DNA from: Euryarchaeota archaeon UBA171
GTDB lineage: Archaea; Thermoplasmatota; Poseidoniia; Poseidoniales; Thalassarchaeaceae
DNA: 64,000 nucleotides
Direction of reading: 5' to 3'
NCBI GenBank assembly: GCA_002497295.1
Contig: DANO01000025.1
Location: forward strand, 71,098 to 135,097
The first letter of the stretch is position 1. Every line of letters begins with the position of its first letter. Shown piece by piece: positions 25,500 to 35,040 of this stretch. The position numbers were made by a program, and so were the translations under genes. Under the pieces are notes generated by a model. That model worked only from the letters and a program-made list of their open reading frames with translations, made no database searches and had not been told where the DNA came from.

Positions 25500-25700
25500 A
25501 TGGGATTCAGTCGAGCACTCGTTTTCGCATCCATTATGGTGCTGCCTGCGTTCGTGGCAGGACTGGCTGCATGGATTCTCTTCGGAGGTAGCGAGTCTTG
25601 GCAAGATTGGCAGTATCTAACTTGCTATGCAGTTCCTGGGGCGCTGATTATGTCTGCATTCCTGATGGGATATAGGGGATCTAGAGAGGTAGAGCAATGA
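25500..25700 (+). CDS. Small two-TM membrane protein
   Basis: It is 66 aa with two hydrophobic helices. It sits between polX and nth, and its stop overlaps the nth start by 4 nt. Confidence 0.5.
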   Translation: MGFSRALVFASIMVLPAFVAGLAAWILFGGSESWQDWQYLTCYAVPGALIMSAFLMGYRGSREVEQ

Positions 25701-26344
25701 GGCGAGCAGAGAAGGCCCAACGAATCAGTGAAATTCTCGAAAATCTGTACCCAAATACCCCTATACCACTCGATCACAAGGACCCATATACGCTACTAGT
25801 AGCAGTCATGCTTTCCGCACAGACAACTGATAAAAAAGTGAACGAGGTAACTCCAGGACTTTTCGCACTCGCATCAAAACCAGCTGCAATGGCTTCTCTG
25901 GATGTAGGGGACATACAATCAGCAATACGGCAAGTAGGATTGGCTCCAACCAAGGCAAAAAACCTCAAGAAAATGGCTGAGATTATCGTCGACAGAGGCG
26001 GAGTTATTGAGCCGGATTGGGACTATCTAGAGTCCCTTCCTGGCGTTGGCCATAAGACTGCAAGCGTCGTTATGGCCCAAGCCTTTGGGGTGCCCGCATT
26101 CCCTGTCGACACCCACATACACCGCTTGGCTTCCAGATGGGGCCTGTCCAGAGGCACTACGGTCGAACGAACTGAACACGATCTGAAAGCTATTTTTCCA
26201 AAGCCCACCTGGAATAAAAGGCACTTGCAAATCATCTTCTTCGGTAGAGATCATTGCCCGGCAAGGAGGCACGACCTGTCGGTTTGCATGATTTGTGGTT
26301 GGGCCGCTACAAAGAAGAGAATGAGCGAGGAAATGAGGCGTTAA
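25697..26344 (+). CDS. nth: Endonuclease III (HhH-GPD DNA glycosylase/AP lyase)
   Basis: It carries LVAVMLSAQTTDKKVN, LPGVGHKTASVV (catalytic Lys) and VDTHIHR (Asp). The C-terminal cysteine pattern is C-x9-C-x2-C with no obvious fourth Cys, which differs from the canonical C-x6-C-x2-C-x5-C. Confidence 0.9.
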   Translation: MRRAEKAQRISEILENLYPNTPIPLDHKDPYTLLVAVMLSAQTTDKKVNEVTPGLFALASKPAAMASLDVGDIQSAIRQVGLAPTKAKNLKKMAEIIVDRGGVIEPDWDYLESLPGVGHKTASVVMAQAFGVPAFPVDTHIHRLASRWGLSRGTTVERTEHDLKAIFPKPTWNKRHLQIIFFGRDHCPARRHDLSVCMICGWAATKKRMSEEMRR

Positions 26345-26345
26345 T

Positions 26346-26651
26346 CTAAGATCTGAATAACACTATCAGCCCTAGAGTCGAGAATGTCGCCCCTGAAGCA
26401 AGGATGAACGGCCTGTAACTCTCCAACTTCTCCATATTGTCCCTTGCATCATCGCATCTGCCTTCATCCCAATCGGTAATTTGAGCTATCGTGCCAACAG
26501 TCGTGTCGCAGTTTTCTTCAATCCCCTCCTCATACAGACCGATCGCATAACCGCTACCCGCCCAAGCGAGAAGCAATATTCCACCCACCAGAATCAGGAT
26601 GACTGAGAACACCTTCGACAGTTTGCCCATGCTCGTCCCTCTAGTATCCAT
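26346..26651 (-). CDS. Small membrane-anchored protein, unknown function
   Basis: It is 101 aa with N- and C-terminal hydrophobic helices flanking an acidic Cys-containing segment. It is tightly packed, 1 nt from the nth stop. Confidence 0.5.
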   Translation of the reverse strand: MDTRGTSMGKLSKVFSVILILVGGILLLAWAGSGYAIGLYEEGIEENCDTTVGTIAQITDWDEGRCDDARDNMEKLESYRPFILASGATFSTLGLIVLFRS

Positions 26652-26654
26652 GAT

Positions 26655-27413
26655 TCAAACGTTCTTGCGTCTTTGCCGTAAAGCCTCGGCTGCTACGACT
26701 GCTAGCGGGGCTTGAAGATTGTATGACGGCACAAAACCCTGCATCGGAATTTTCACTATGGAATCACACTCTTCGAGTAGGTCTGCTGATATGCCATGTC
26801 GTTCCCCGCCTATCACGAGCATACATCGTCCTGTCAAATCGATATCCCATGGCTCTACGTCACCTGAATCCTCAATCCCAATTATGCGATAGTTGTGAGC
26901 TCTGGCCAAATCAGAAGCTTCACGCCAACTCATCCATTTTACGGGTATAAACCGATCTGCTTTCATCGATGCCCTGGAAGATGCCTTTCTCCCATCAGAA
27001 TTGAGATCGGCATCTACAAACACAGCAGAGCCTCCACTAACTTCGATGGTTCTAATTGCGAATCCGATATTAACGGGATATTGAGCTCCCGAAAGTAACC
27101 AAATTAACTCTCCAGATTCCATTATTTCGCTAGTCTCCGAAGAAGGATCCCTGTGAAGCAGACCAAGCGCTTCCGGAGGCTCTGAAGTAAATGGCATATT
27201 GGCCATCCTCCTAAGATCATTCATCGAACCCTCGATGACCTTCAATTCGCGTTTTGATGCTTCTACTAGTAGTCTGTCCAGCGCTTCCGATCGAGCATCT
27301 CTCAGGACAAGTATGCGAGTCACTGGTCGATCTTCATCAATAGCGTTCAAAATAGCGTCCACCCCTGAAATCTTCAGGCTATCCACCATATTCACCACCC
27401 CTGTCCCATTCAA
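26655..27413 (-). CDS. SpoU/TrmH-family RNA 2'-O-methyltransferase
   Basis: The C-terminal LVIGGERHGISADLLEECDSIVKIPMQGFVPSYNLQAPLAVVAAE matches SPOUT motifs 2 and 3. The start may be the internal ATG at 27389. Confidence 0.8.
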   Translation of the reverse strand: MNGTGVVNMVDSLKISGVDAILNAIDEDRPVTRILVLRDARSEALDRLLVEASKRELKVIEGSMNDLRRMANMPFTSEPPEALGLLHRDPSSETSEIMESGELIWLLSGAQYPVNIGFAIRTIEVSGGSAVFVDADLNSDGRKASSRASMKADRFIPVKWMSWREASDLARAHNYRIIGIEDSGDVEPWDIDLTGRCMLVIGGERHGISADLLEECDSIVKIPMQGFVPSYNLQAPLAVVAAEALRQRRKNV

Positions 27414-27927
27414 TTGGTTGAATTATCTCATTTCTGCGCAAAAAAGGGAGGGTTGATGTCGGGTTGTCATAAACCGCCAGTCTAGCTTGCGAATGGGCAA
27501 CAAGTCCATTATTTTCAATCATTGAAAGTAATTTACTTATCATCCTCAAGCTCTTTCTACGGTGAGAAAGGCCTGAGAATTTCAGAACCGCCACAACTTC
27601 CCCTTTCACATGAAGTAATTCAACCCCCGAGTCAGTAGGTTTTGGAAGATCTCTCATTCTATGCTCTGAAGGCATGGTGAATGCCATAATCGAGGAATCG
27701 CCAGATTCCCACATGTGTACTGGCGCAGTCATTGCAATATTTCGAGATTCATCATTCCTTCCGAATATATACGACGCAATACGCCTAAACGCTCCAGTTG
27801 AATTACGGTAACCCATTCCCTTGGTAACCACTCTTGCTTGAATTGTATCGACATACCCTCTTATCTCAAAACCATCGTAAGTCTCGATTATTTCGAACTC
27901 AGGCTCCTCAAGATTTTCAGACACCAC
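27379..27927 (-). CDS. SOUL/HEBP heme-binding-family protein
   Basis: YDGFEIRGY...GAFRRIASYIFGRN...IAMTAPV...FTMP...RRNEI is the SOUL-family pattern. Confidence 0.7.
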   Translation of the reverse strand: MVSENLEEPEFEIIETYDGFEIRGYVDTIQARVVTKGMGYRNSTGAFRRIASYIFGRNDESRNIAMTAPVHMWESGDSSIMAFTMPSEHRMRDLPKPTDSGVELLHVKGEVVAVLKFSGLSHRRKSLRMISKLLSMIENNGLVAHSQARLAVYDNPTSTLPFLRRNEIIQPIEWDRGGEYGG

Positions 27928-27949
27928 AAAGCAACTCCGGCCGACTAGA

Positions 27950-28723
27950 TTACGAGCTCTTGAGATAAATTGGGATCGGTTTCATCTTGTGGGAGTTGGA
28001 TTCATGCAGTTTCTGATAAATCTCTAACACTTCTTTTTGACGATTAGAGAACTCTTCCCACTCAACCCGATCAACTTGTGCCATCGCCCATTCAAGTTCT
28101 TCGTAAGTTGCGCCGATCTGGTCCTCGTCGGATCTACCGTCTGCCCATAATCCGTCGTTTGGAACCGAATTTTGTATATCTTCAATTATGTCCATTTCCT
28201 TAGCCAAGGAGTAAACTTCTGATTTCAATAAATCCGCAATAGGCGAAATATCGACGCCCCCGTCTCCATATTTTGTATAGAATCCCACTCCGAAATCTTC
28301 TACCTTGTTCCCCGTCCCAACCACAATACCCTTTCTCGAACCAGATATGGCGTAAAGTGTGGTCATCCGCAATCTCGCCCTTGTGTTCGCCAACGATAAT
28401 TCGGATATCTCTAGACCAGCAAGAGCACCTTCAACATATGAATCATAAGATTCAGTTAAGTCAACCAGATGGCTGCTGACATTAGCCCATCTAGATTCTA
28501 GCCATTCTATGTGACGCCCTGCTAAGTTGTATTGAGACGATTCTTGATGAATTGGCATACTGACTACAATTGTTTCTAATCCAGTTTTAGCACACAATGT
28601 CGAAGTAACGGCTGAGTCGATGCCACCTGAAATCCCCACGACTAAAGTGGATATCTCATTTTCATCAGCATACCTTTTGATCCAATCCGAGATGTCCTCA
28701 CAGAGCTTTCCCCAATCTTCCAC
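27950..28723 (-). CDS. nadE: NH3-dependent NAD+ synthetase
   Basis: It has the PP-loop VVGISGGIDSAV, plus VGTGNKVEDFGVGFYTKYGDGG. Confidence 0.9.
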   Translation of the reverse strand: MEDWGKLCEDISDWIKRYADENEISTLVVGISGGIDSAVTSTLCAKTGLETIVVSMPIHQESSQYNLAGRHIEWLESRWANVSSHLVDLTESYDSYVEGALAGLEISELSLANTRARLRMTTLYAISGSRKGIVVGTGNKVEDFGVGFYTKYGDGGVDISPIADLLKSEVYSLAKEMDIIEDIQNSVPNDGLWADGRSDEDQIGATYEELEWAMAQVDRVEWEEFSNRQKEVLEIYQKLHESNSHKMKPIPIYLKSS

Positions 28724-28835
28724 GTATTACCTCACGAGGCGACTGCTAATGGACTATTGTACTCGTCCGAGGCATGTGTGAGGGGCCATCCCTCCCGGGG
28801 GACATTGAAATCAATTGCCCGGGTCGAGAGGCCTG

Positions 28836-31800
28836 ATGGAGACTGAGCAGGGAGGCCGCCTAGACCCGGTAGCACTCGAAAATGATCTCATCCGGCTATG
28901 GAACGATGAAGATACGTTCAAACTGTCCATACAAAATAGAAAAACCTCTGGAAAGCCATTCATATTTCTCGAAGGCCCCCCCACAGCAAATGGTAAACCT
29001 GGAATCCACCATGTCCTCTCTCGGCTGTACAAAGACATGGTCTGCAGGTGGAAGACGATGGAGGGGCGAGTAGTCGAGAGGAAAGCAGGGTGGGATACAC
29101 ACGGACTGCCCGTTGAAATTGAGGTTCAGAAACGATTGGACTTGATGTCTAATGATGCAATTGAAGCATATGGTATGGAGGCATTCAATGAAGCATGTAA
29201 GGAGAGCGTCTGGACCTATGAGCAGGCATGGCGCGAGATGACTGAGCGAATGGGTTTCTGGGTTGATATGGATGATCCATACGTGACCCTACACGACAAT
29301 TACATTGAATCAGCATGGTGGTCTTTGAAGCAGATGCATGACAAAGGCCTATTGTTCAGAGGCCACAAAGTATTGCCATACTGCCCTCAGACAGGCACCT
29401 CATACTCCAGTCATGAGGTGGCTCTGGGATACAAGGAAGTCTCAGAACCAGCTGTCTTCGTCAAGTTCCAACTCGTTGATGATGAGGCATCCATACTAGC
29501 ATGGACGACCACGCCGTGGACATTGCCGGGGAATGTCGGCCTAGCCGTTGGTCCAGACGTAGATTACGTACGTGTTAGAGTCACAGAATCCCCCTCTGGC
29601 GCATGGGATGGGAGAGGAGGCGCAGAGGTGGGTGAAGAGATGATTCTAGCAAAGGATTTGATGGGTAATGTACTTAGACATAAGGTGGAAGTCATATCTG
29701 AGATTAAGGGAGCCGATCTTGAAGGGAAGATGTACCTCTCGCCCTTCCCTGGTGCCATCGATGGAGACAACCATCCAGCTGCCTGGACTGTGGTGACTGC
29801 AGACTTTGTGACGACTACGGATGGAACCGGAATAGTGCATACTGCGGTTATGTACGGAGAGGACGACTACAATCTCGGAATGAAGGCCGGATTCCCCGCA
29901 CAGCACACTGTGGATATGAATGGCCGATTCTTTGATGGAACTCACCCGGAACTCGATGGGAGGTATGTCAAAGAATGCGATGACTCCATCATTAACCTCT
30001 TACAATCATCTGGAAAGCTCTACAGGGAGCATCAGTATGTACATGATTATCCTCATTGTTGGAGGACCGATCATCCGCTGTTGTACTATGCAATGGATAG
30101 CTGGTTTGTCCGTATGACTGCTGTCAGGGACTCAATAATCAAGCACAACGAGTCCGTTGAATGGGCCCCACCTTCCACAGGAACAGGCAGGATGGGTGAA
30201 TGGCTCTCCAATTTGAAAGACTGGGCAATAAGCAGGGAGAGATATTGGGGGACCCCCATACCTGTTTGGATATGCAGTGAGTGCGGTCACGAGCATTGTG
30301 TTGGTAGTCGTGGTGAAATGGAATCCATGCTGTCTGACGGATCCAATTCGCCCAAAGAGCTGCATAGGCCATATGTAGACAACGTCAAGCTCAACTGTCC
30401 ATCCGAGGGATGCTCTGGAGAGATGAACCGTGAGCCCTACGTCATGGATTGCTGGTTCGACTCCGGCTGCGCTTCATTTGCCCAGTGGCATTACCCATTT
30501 GAGAATCAGGAAATTTTCGATTCATCTTTTCCAGTGGATTACATTTGTGAGGCAGTAGATCAGACTCGAGGGTGGTTCTATTCCTTATTGGCAGTCGGAA
30601 CAACAGTCTTCGATAAACCGACTTACAGGAGTTGCCTTTCTCTCGGACACATACTCGATAAGCATGGAAAGAAGATGAGTAAATCAAGAGGCAATGTAGT
30701 TGACCCATGGGATCACTTCAACCTGGAGGGTGCAGATGCGATTAGGTGGTATATGACCACTCAAAGCTCTCCTTGGCAGCCTACAAACTTCGACCCCAAC
30801 GGAGTAAGGGAGTCCTATGCGCGGATGTTCCTGACTCTGTGGAACGTTTACAGATTCCATGCAGACTATGCTGCATTGGACTCATTCAATCGAGCCAGCG
30901 AAGATGATGCCCCAGATATGTCCGATAGGCCCTCAATCGATCGATGGATTCTTTCTCAAGTTAGCAATATGGCTGACACGGTCGACTCTTTCTTCAGGGC
31001 ATGGGATTTCCATAAGGCTGGGAGGGAAATCGAACGCTTCATCGTTGACGATTTATCGAATTGGTACGTCAGGAGATCAAGAAGAAGACTCTGGGACGAA
31101 GCCGAGAGCGCTGACAAGGCGGCATGCCACCATACTTTGCGAGAAGTCCTCCTAGTCACTTGCAGGATAATGGCTCCAATAGCACCATTCATGCCAGATA
31201 GGATACACAGGGACTTGACGGGCGCGTCAGTCCATCTTGCAGATTGGCCCTGTGGTTCCGAGGCCTTGGATAGCACATTGCCCCCTCGAGATACAAAATT
31301 AGAGTCTCGCATGGACCTCGCCAGAAATCTGGCAGAGGCTGGTCGTAGAATAAGGGTCGAGTCGTCCCGCAGACAGAGGCTGCCATGCAGAAAAGGTTGG
31401 ATCGTGGGCGACGCGGACATAGGGGATTTGAAAGACATACTTTCGGAAGAACTCAATGTCGAATCTTTAGAGAATGAAAATGATCTAGAACGATTCCAAA
31501 AGATGGAACTCAAGCCCAATAGGAAAAGCCTAGGCAGGAAATGTACTTCCGACTTACCCTCTGTTCTCAATGAATTCTCGGAAATCGATCCGGATTCATT
31601 CTTGCTCGAAATACAGGCAGGAATAGCACATCTAGCGGGATATCCGATAGTCATGGATGACGTGGAAATCAGAAGAGTCGAGAAAGAAGGCTTTGCGGCG
31701 ATGACCGTGGAAAGCGGAGGCAAAGATGTAACTCTCGTTCTAGACCTGTCTCTGGACGACGAATTGCTATCGAAAGGGCTCGCAAGAGACATAATCCGTC

Positions 31801-32030
31801 GAGTTCAGGCCAAGAGAAAAGAACTCAATCTAAGGATCGAGGCATCCATATCTCTCGAACTATCGCTTTCACAGGACTCGCCCGAATTAGCAGAGGACGA
31901 TTGGAATCACATACTCTCTGAAACAAGGTCGATATCGGGACGTAGGTCTGATAATCAATCTCCAATGGAGTCGTCCTTCGAGCTGGATGGATCAGTAGTA
32001 GGATTCACAGTCACTCCATCCGAGGATTGA
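28836..32030 (+). CDS. ileS: Isoleucyl-tRNA synthetase
   Basis: It is a class I synthetase with PPTANGKPGIHHV (HIGH region) and KMSKSRGN. Zinc-knuckle CSECGHEHC, a CP1 editing region and a size of about 1065 aa are typical. The track start is a TTG at 28815; I prefer the ATG at 28836. Confidence 0.95.
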   Translation: METEQGGRLDPVALENDLIRLWNDEDTFKLSIQNRKTSGKPFIFLEGPPTANGKPGIHHVLSRLYKDMVCRWKTMEGRVVERKAGWDTHGLPVEIEVQKRLDLMSNDAIEAYGMEAFNEACKESVWTYEQAWREMTERMGFWVDMDDPYVTLHDNYIESAWWSLKQMHDKGLLFRGHKVLPYCPQTGTSYSSHEVALGYKEVSEPAVFVKFQLVDDEASILAWTTTPWTLPGNVGLAVGPDVDYVRVRVTESPSGAWDGRGGAEVGEEMILAKDLMGNVLRHKVEVISEIKGADLEGKMYLSPFPGAIDGDNHPAAWTVVTADFVTTTDGTGIVHTAVMYGEDDYNLGMKAGFPAQHTVDMNGRFFDGTHPELDGRYVKECDDSIINLLQSSGKLYREHQYVHDYPHCWRTDHPLLYYAMDSWFVRMTAVRDSIIKHNESVEWAPPSTGTGRMGEWLSNLKDWAISRERYWGTPIPVWICSECGHEHCVGSRGEMESMLSDGSNSPKELHRPYVDNVKLNCPSEGCSGEMNREPYVMDCWFDSGCASFAQWHYPFENQEIFDSSFPVDYICEAVDQTRGWFYSLLAVGTTVFDKPTYRSCLSLGHILDKHGKKMSKSRGNVVDPWDHFNLEGADAIRWYMTTQSSPWQPTNFDPNGVRESYARMFLTLWNVYRFHADYAALDSFNRASEDDAPDMSDRPSIDRWILSQVSNMADTVDSFFRAWDFHKAGREIERFIVDDLSNWYVRRSRRRLWDEAESADKAACHHTLREVLLVTCRIMAPIAPFMPDRIHRDLTGASVHLADWPCGSEALDSTLPPRDTKLESRMDLARNLAEAGRRIRVESSRRQRLPCRKGWIVGDADIGDLKDILSEELNVESLENENDLERFQKMELKPNRKSLGRKCTSDLPSVLNEFSEIDPDSFLLEIQAGIAHLAGYPIVMDDVEIRRVEKEGFAAMTVESGGKDVTLVLDLSLDDELLSKGLARDIIRRVQAKRKELNLRIEASISLELSLSQDSPELAEDDWNHILSETRSISGRRSDNQSPMESSFELDGSVVGFTVTPSED

Positions 32031-32055
32031 ATCGTCCCCGTGCTTCCCCCGCCAC

Positions 32056-33138
32056 ATGAAGCAAGTGCTTGAAGGCGTGAAGATACTTGACCTGTCAAGG
32101 GTTCTAGCAGGCCCGTATGCTGCACAGAATCTCGCAGACTTAGGAGCAGACGTACTCAAGATCGAGGCGCCTTGGGGCGACGATACAAGAGGATGGGGCC
32201 CTCCCTTCACGACTGGTTTTGATGGGGAGGATGTAGCTGCATATTTCCTTTCATGCAATCGTGGCAAGACGATAATTAGGATGAATCTCAAGAAGGATGG
32301 CAAAAAACTTCGAGATCTAGTTGAACAGGCAGACGTAGTCTTGGAAAACTTCCGCCCCGGAACTTTCGATAGATTGGTCGGAGAACTTCCTGATGACACA
32401 ATACTATGCTCGATATCCGGATACGGCGCTACTGGACCAAGGTCATCAGAACCAGGATATGACCTATCTTTACAGGCCAGATCGGGAATCATGTCCATCA
32501 CAGGGGAGGAGGGACGCCCACCGGTCAAAGTCGGCGTGGCTTGGATCGACGTAATAACGGGCCTTCATGCCACATCTGCCATTCTCGCAGCGCTTCTTCA
32601 CAGAGAGAGAACGGGTGAATCTCAGCGCATAGATATCAGCCTATGGGATTGCGCTATTTCCGCACTTGTTAACCAAGCACAGAACAAGATTGCATCAGGA
32701 AAAGAACCAGGACCAATGGGGAGTGCACATCCAAATTTGGTGCCTTATCGTGCCTTCGAAGCATCAGATGGGTGGTTTGTGCTGGCTGTAGGAAGCGACG
32801 CACAATGGCAGCAGATGGTCGAGATTCTCGAGATAGATTGCCAGGAATCATGGTCTACTAATTCAGGGAGAGTGAAAGACAGAATTGGAGTTGAGAGGAC
32901 ACTGTTCAAGATATTCAAAAATGACACAAGAAGGCATTGGGAGAATATTTTGGAGGGAATACCTTGCGCGCCAGTAAATACAATCGGTCAAGCAATGTGC
33001 GACATACAATCTGTCGCAAGAGGCGCAGTATGGAGCGTAGAGGGCGTGCAAACCCTGGCAAACCCGCTCAGGGGGATGTCCCTGACGCCTGCAAAGCCCG
33101 GACAACCCTCTGAAACCTCTTTCGATGTGAATATCTGA
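32056..33138 (+). CDS. Family III CoA-transferase (CaiB/BaiF type)
   Basis: It carries LEGVKILDLSRVLAGPYAAQNLADLGADVLKIE, ISGYG and GHPNLVPY-like AHPNLVPYRAF. Confidence 0.85.
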   Translation: MKQVLEGVKILDLSRVLAGPYAAQNLADLGADVLKIEAPWGDDTRGWGPPFTTGFDGEDVAAYFLSCNRGKTIIRMNLKKDGKKLRDLVEQADVVLENFRPGTFDRLVGELPDDTILCSISGYGATGPRSSEPGYDLSLQARSGIMSITGEEGRPPVKVGVAWIDVITGLHATSAILAALLHRERTGESQRIDISLWDCAISALVNQAQNKIASGKEPGPMGSAHPNLVPYRAFEASDGWFVLAVGSDAQWQQMVEILEIDCQESWSTNSGRVKDRIGVERTLFKIFKNDTRRHWENILEGIPCAPVNTIGQAMCDIQSVARGAVWSVEGVQTLANPLRGMSLTPAKPGQPSETSFDVNI

Positions 33139-33162
33139 CATAATCCAATCAGAATTAACCGA

Positions 33163-33378
33163 CTACGAATTAAGTTTTGAAATACTCGTTATCACGATTC
33201 CAAGAAATCGGAAAATAAGGGGAATTATGAGATACCATAAAAACAAGAATGAAATTCCAATATATGCCGAAAATGAAGAATCACCTCCGATTATTTCATT
33301 CGTCAGGATAATCGATAATACGATTGCAAAGACTGCGTAATCGTAAAATGAGAATATAATTCCAACCACTGTAGCCAT
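33163..33378 (-). CDS. Small two-TM membrane protein (AT-rich gene)
   Basis: It is 71 aa and very hydrophobic, with noticeably lower G+C than its neighbours. It may not be coding. Confidence 0.4.
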   Translation of the reverse strand: MATVVGIIFSFYDYAVFAIVLSIILTNEIIGGDSSFSAYIGISFLFLWYLIIPLIFRFLGIVITSISKLNS

Positions 33379-33432
33379 CGGATCAACCCCTCTCAGGCCA
33401 ATCGAAAAATCTCCGCTATATCATACCAAACT

Positions 33433-34092
33433 TTGTTGGTAATCGATGATATACCCGTCCACATCCCCACTGGCATGTCTGGTACGTCTGCCGTGGATCT
33501 ATTCAGCGAGTGGGCGAAACTCAATCGTGATGAGGGCATGGAGAGGGGCCACTCGCCAAGTGTGGATGCGATTATCTCCGCAGTCAAGGGCCGTCTGCCT
33601 TCTGAGTTCACCGCCATAGACCTAGGATGCGGAAATGGATGGGCCGTTCGTAGACTCAAGAGGATGCCAAGATGTATATTTTCATCAGGTGTAGATGGTT
33701 CCGAGATGATGATTAGCAAGGCTCGCTCAATAGATCCTGAAGGCGAGTATTTCCATGGGATGCTCCCGGAATGGTCTCCGAATGCCCCTGTAAATCTGGT
33801 TCTGAGTATGGAATTCCTGTACTATTTGGAAGATCCAATACGCTTCCTCAAGACTTTACACACGGAATGGGTGCTGCCCGGAGGCTCTGTTGCTTTGGGG
33901 GTAGATCACTACTTAGAAAATGAATCAAGCCTTGCTTGGTCTGAATCCCTGGATGTCCGTATGACAACCCTCTCAGCAGAGGAATGGGAAGACGGGCTCA
34001 GGGCCGCCGGTTTCCAAAAGGTCGAGAGATTCTTCACAGGCGCCAAAGAGGGTTGGAATGGCACACTTGTGTTGATAGGCACAAAACCCTAG
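33433..34092 (+). CDS. Class I SAM-dependent methyltransferase
   Basis: Motif I is AIDLGCGNGWAVRRL, and post-motif II LVLSMEFLYYLEDP follows. Confidence 0.75.
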   Translation: MLVIDDIPVHIPTGMSGTSAVDLFSEWAKLNRDEGMERGHSPSVDAIISAVKGRLPSEFTAIDLGCGNGWAVRRLKRMPRCIFSSGVDGSEMMISKARSIDPEGEYFHGMLPEWSPNAPVNLVLSMEFLYYLEDPIRFLKTLHTEWVLPGGSVALGVDHYLENESSLAWSESLDVRMTTLSAEEWEDGLRAAGFQKVERFFTGAKEGWNGTLVLIGTKP

Positions 34093-34097
34093 ACAAA

Positions 34098-34289
34098 TCA
34101 AGCGAGGTCGAATTTAGAGTCAAGGATACCAAGAGTCGACATTATGTCATCCGTTATCTCGAAGAGAGAATTATCCTTTGTGTAGATTAGTAGTTTCTTA
34201 CCATCGTCACTCGCCTGATACGCGCATATGGCATCCGTTCTTATCCGTGTTATACCGCCTTCAGTTGTGACCTTGATCCACATCGACAT
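34098..34289 (-). CDS. Hypothetical small protein
   Basis: It is a 63-aa ORF with no recognised motif. The coding call rests only on ORF length and the tight fit between flanking genes. Confidence 0.35.
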   Translation of the reverse strand: MSMWIKVTTEGGITRIRTDAICAYQASDDGKKLLIYTKDNSLFEITDDIMSTLGILDSKFDLA

Positions 34290-34413
34290 TATTCCGGGCC
34301 CAATCAGTTCGGGATATAATCCCTATCCAACCATGTCAGGAAGAATATCCGATTAATCAAATGCTTCATTTTGATTTTCCTTGATGCATTGCTCGAATTC
34401 ACTTATCACCAAT

Positions 34414-34420
34414 GAGGTGA
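34414..34420 (+). promoter_or_regulatory. Shine-Dalgarno-like sequence GAGGTGA
   Basis: It lies 4 nt upstream of the ATG at 34425 and is complementary to the conserved archaeal 16S 3' end (..GGATCACCTCC). Confidence 0.4.
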
Positions 34421-34424
34421 GGGG

Positions 34425-35030
34425 ATGACCATGGCGCAATTGTTCGAGTCGGACGGATACATGATCCGACAGAAGGTAGTGAAAATACTCGGAGAGGAGT
34501 TTCACATCTATTCAGATGAATCTATGCAGAGTATGATTGGATACTCAAAGATGGCTGCATTGAAGCTAAAGGAGGACATTAGACTGTACTCGGACGAATC
34601 CAAATCCACAGAGCTATTGATAATCAAACAGAAGGGGATTTTAGATTTCACTGGAGGCTTTAGTATAGTCGATGGACAGACAGGGGAATCACTGGGAACA
34701 TTAAAGCGAAAAGGCATGAAATCCATTCTAAGAGACTCCTGGGTGCTCATTGATGATAAAGAAAATGTGATTGGATCGCTTGGTGAAGAAAGTGGAGGCT
34801 TAGCCCTAATCCGTCGATTCATCCCGTACCTTACCCTAATATTCCCCCAACAATTTCACTTGAGAGTAAACGGGGCCAAGGGCGCGGTGAAATACACGCA
34901 GAAGATGAACCCATTTGTGCATAAAATGTCGGTAAGCGGAGTGAAATCATCAGGTGTAGATCCGAGAATAGCCGCAGCCGCGGGGGTTCTATTGATAGCT
35001 GTAGAGGGAAGACAGGGTCAAGCTGGTTGA
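34425..35030 (+). CDS. Tubby-C-terminal-like / LURP-one-related (scramblase-fold) protein
   Basis: Repeated beta-hairpin periodicity is typical of the family: FHIYSDESMQSMIGY, IRLYSDESKSTELLIIKQK, FSIVDGQTGESLGTLKRK, WVLIDDKENVIGSL. This is recognition by pattern only. Confidence 0.45.
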   Translation: MTMAQLFESDGYMIRQKVVKILGEEFHIYSDESMQSMIGYSKMAALKLKEDIRLYSDESKSTELLIIKQKGILDFTGGFSIVDGQTGESLGTLKRKGMKSILRDSWVLIDDKENVIGSLGEESGGLALIRRFIPYLTLIFPQQFHLRVNGAKGAVKYTQKMNPFVHKMSVSGVKSSGVDPRIAAAAGVLLIAVEGRQGQAG

Positions 35031-35040
35031 AGATAAATTC

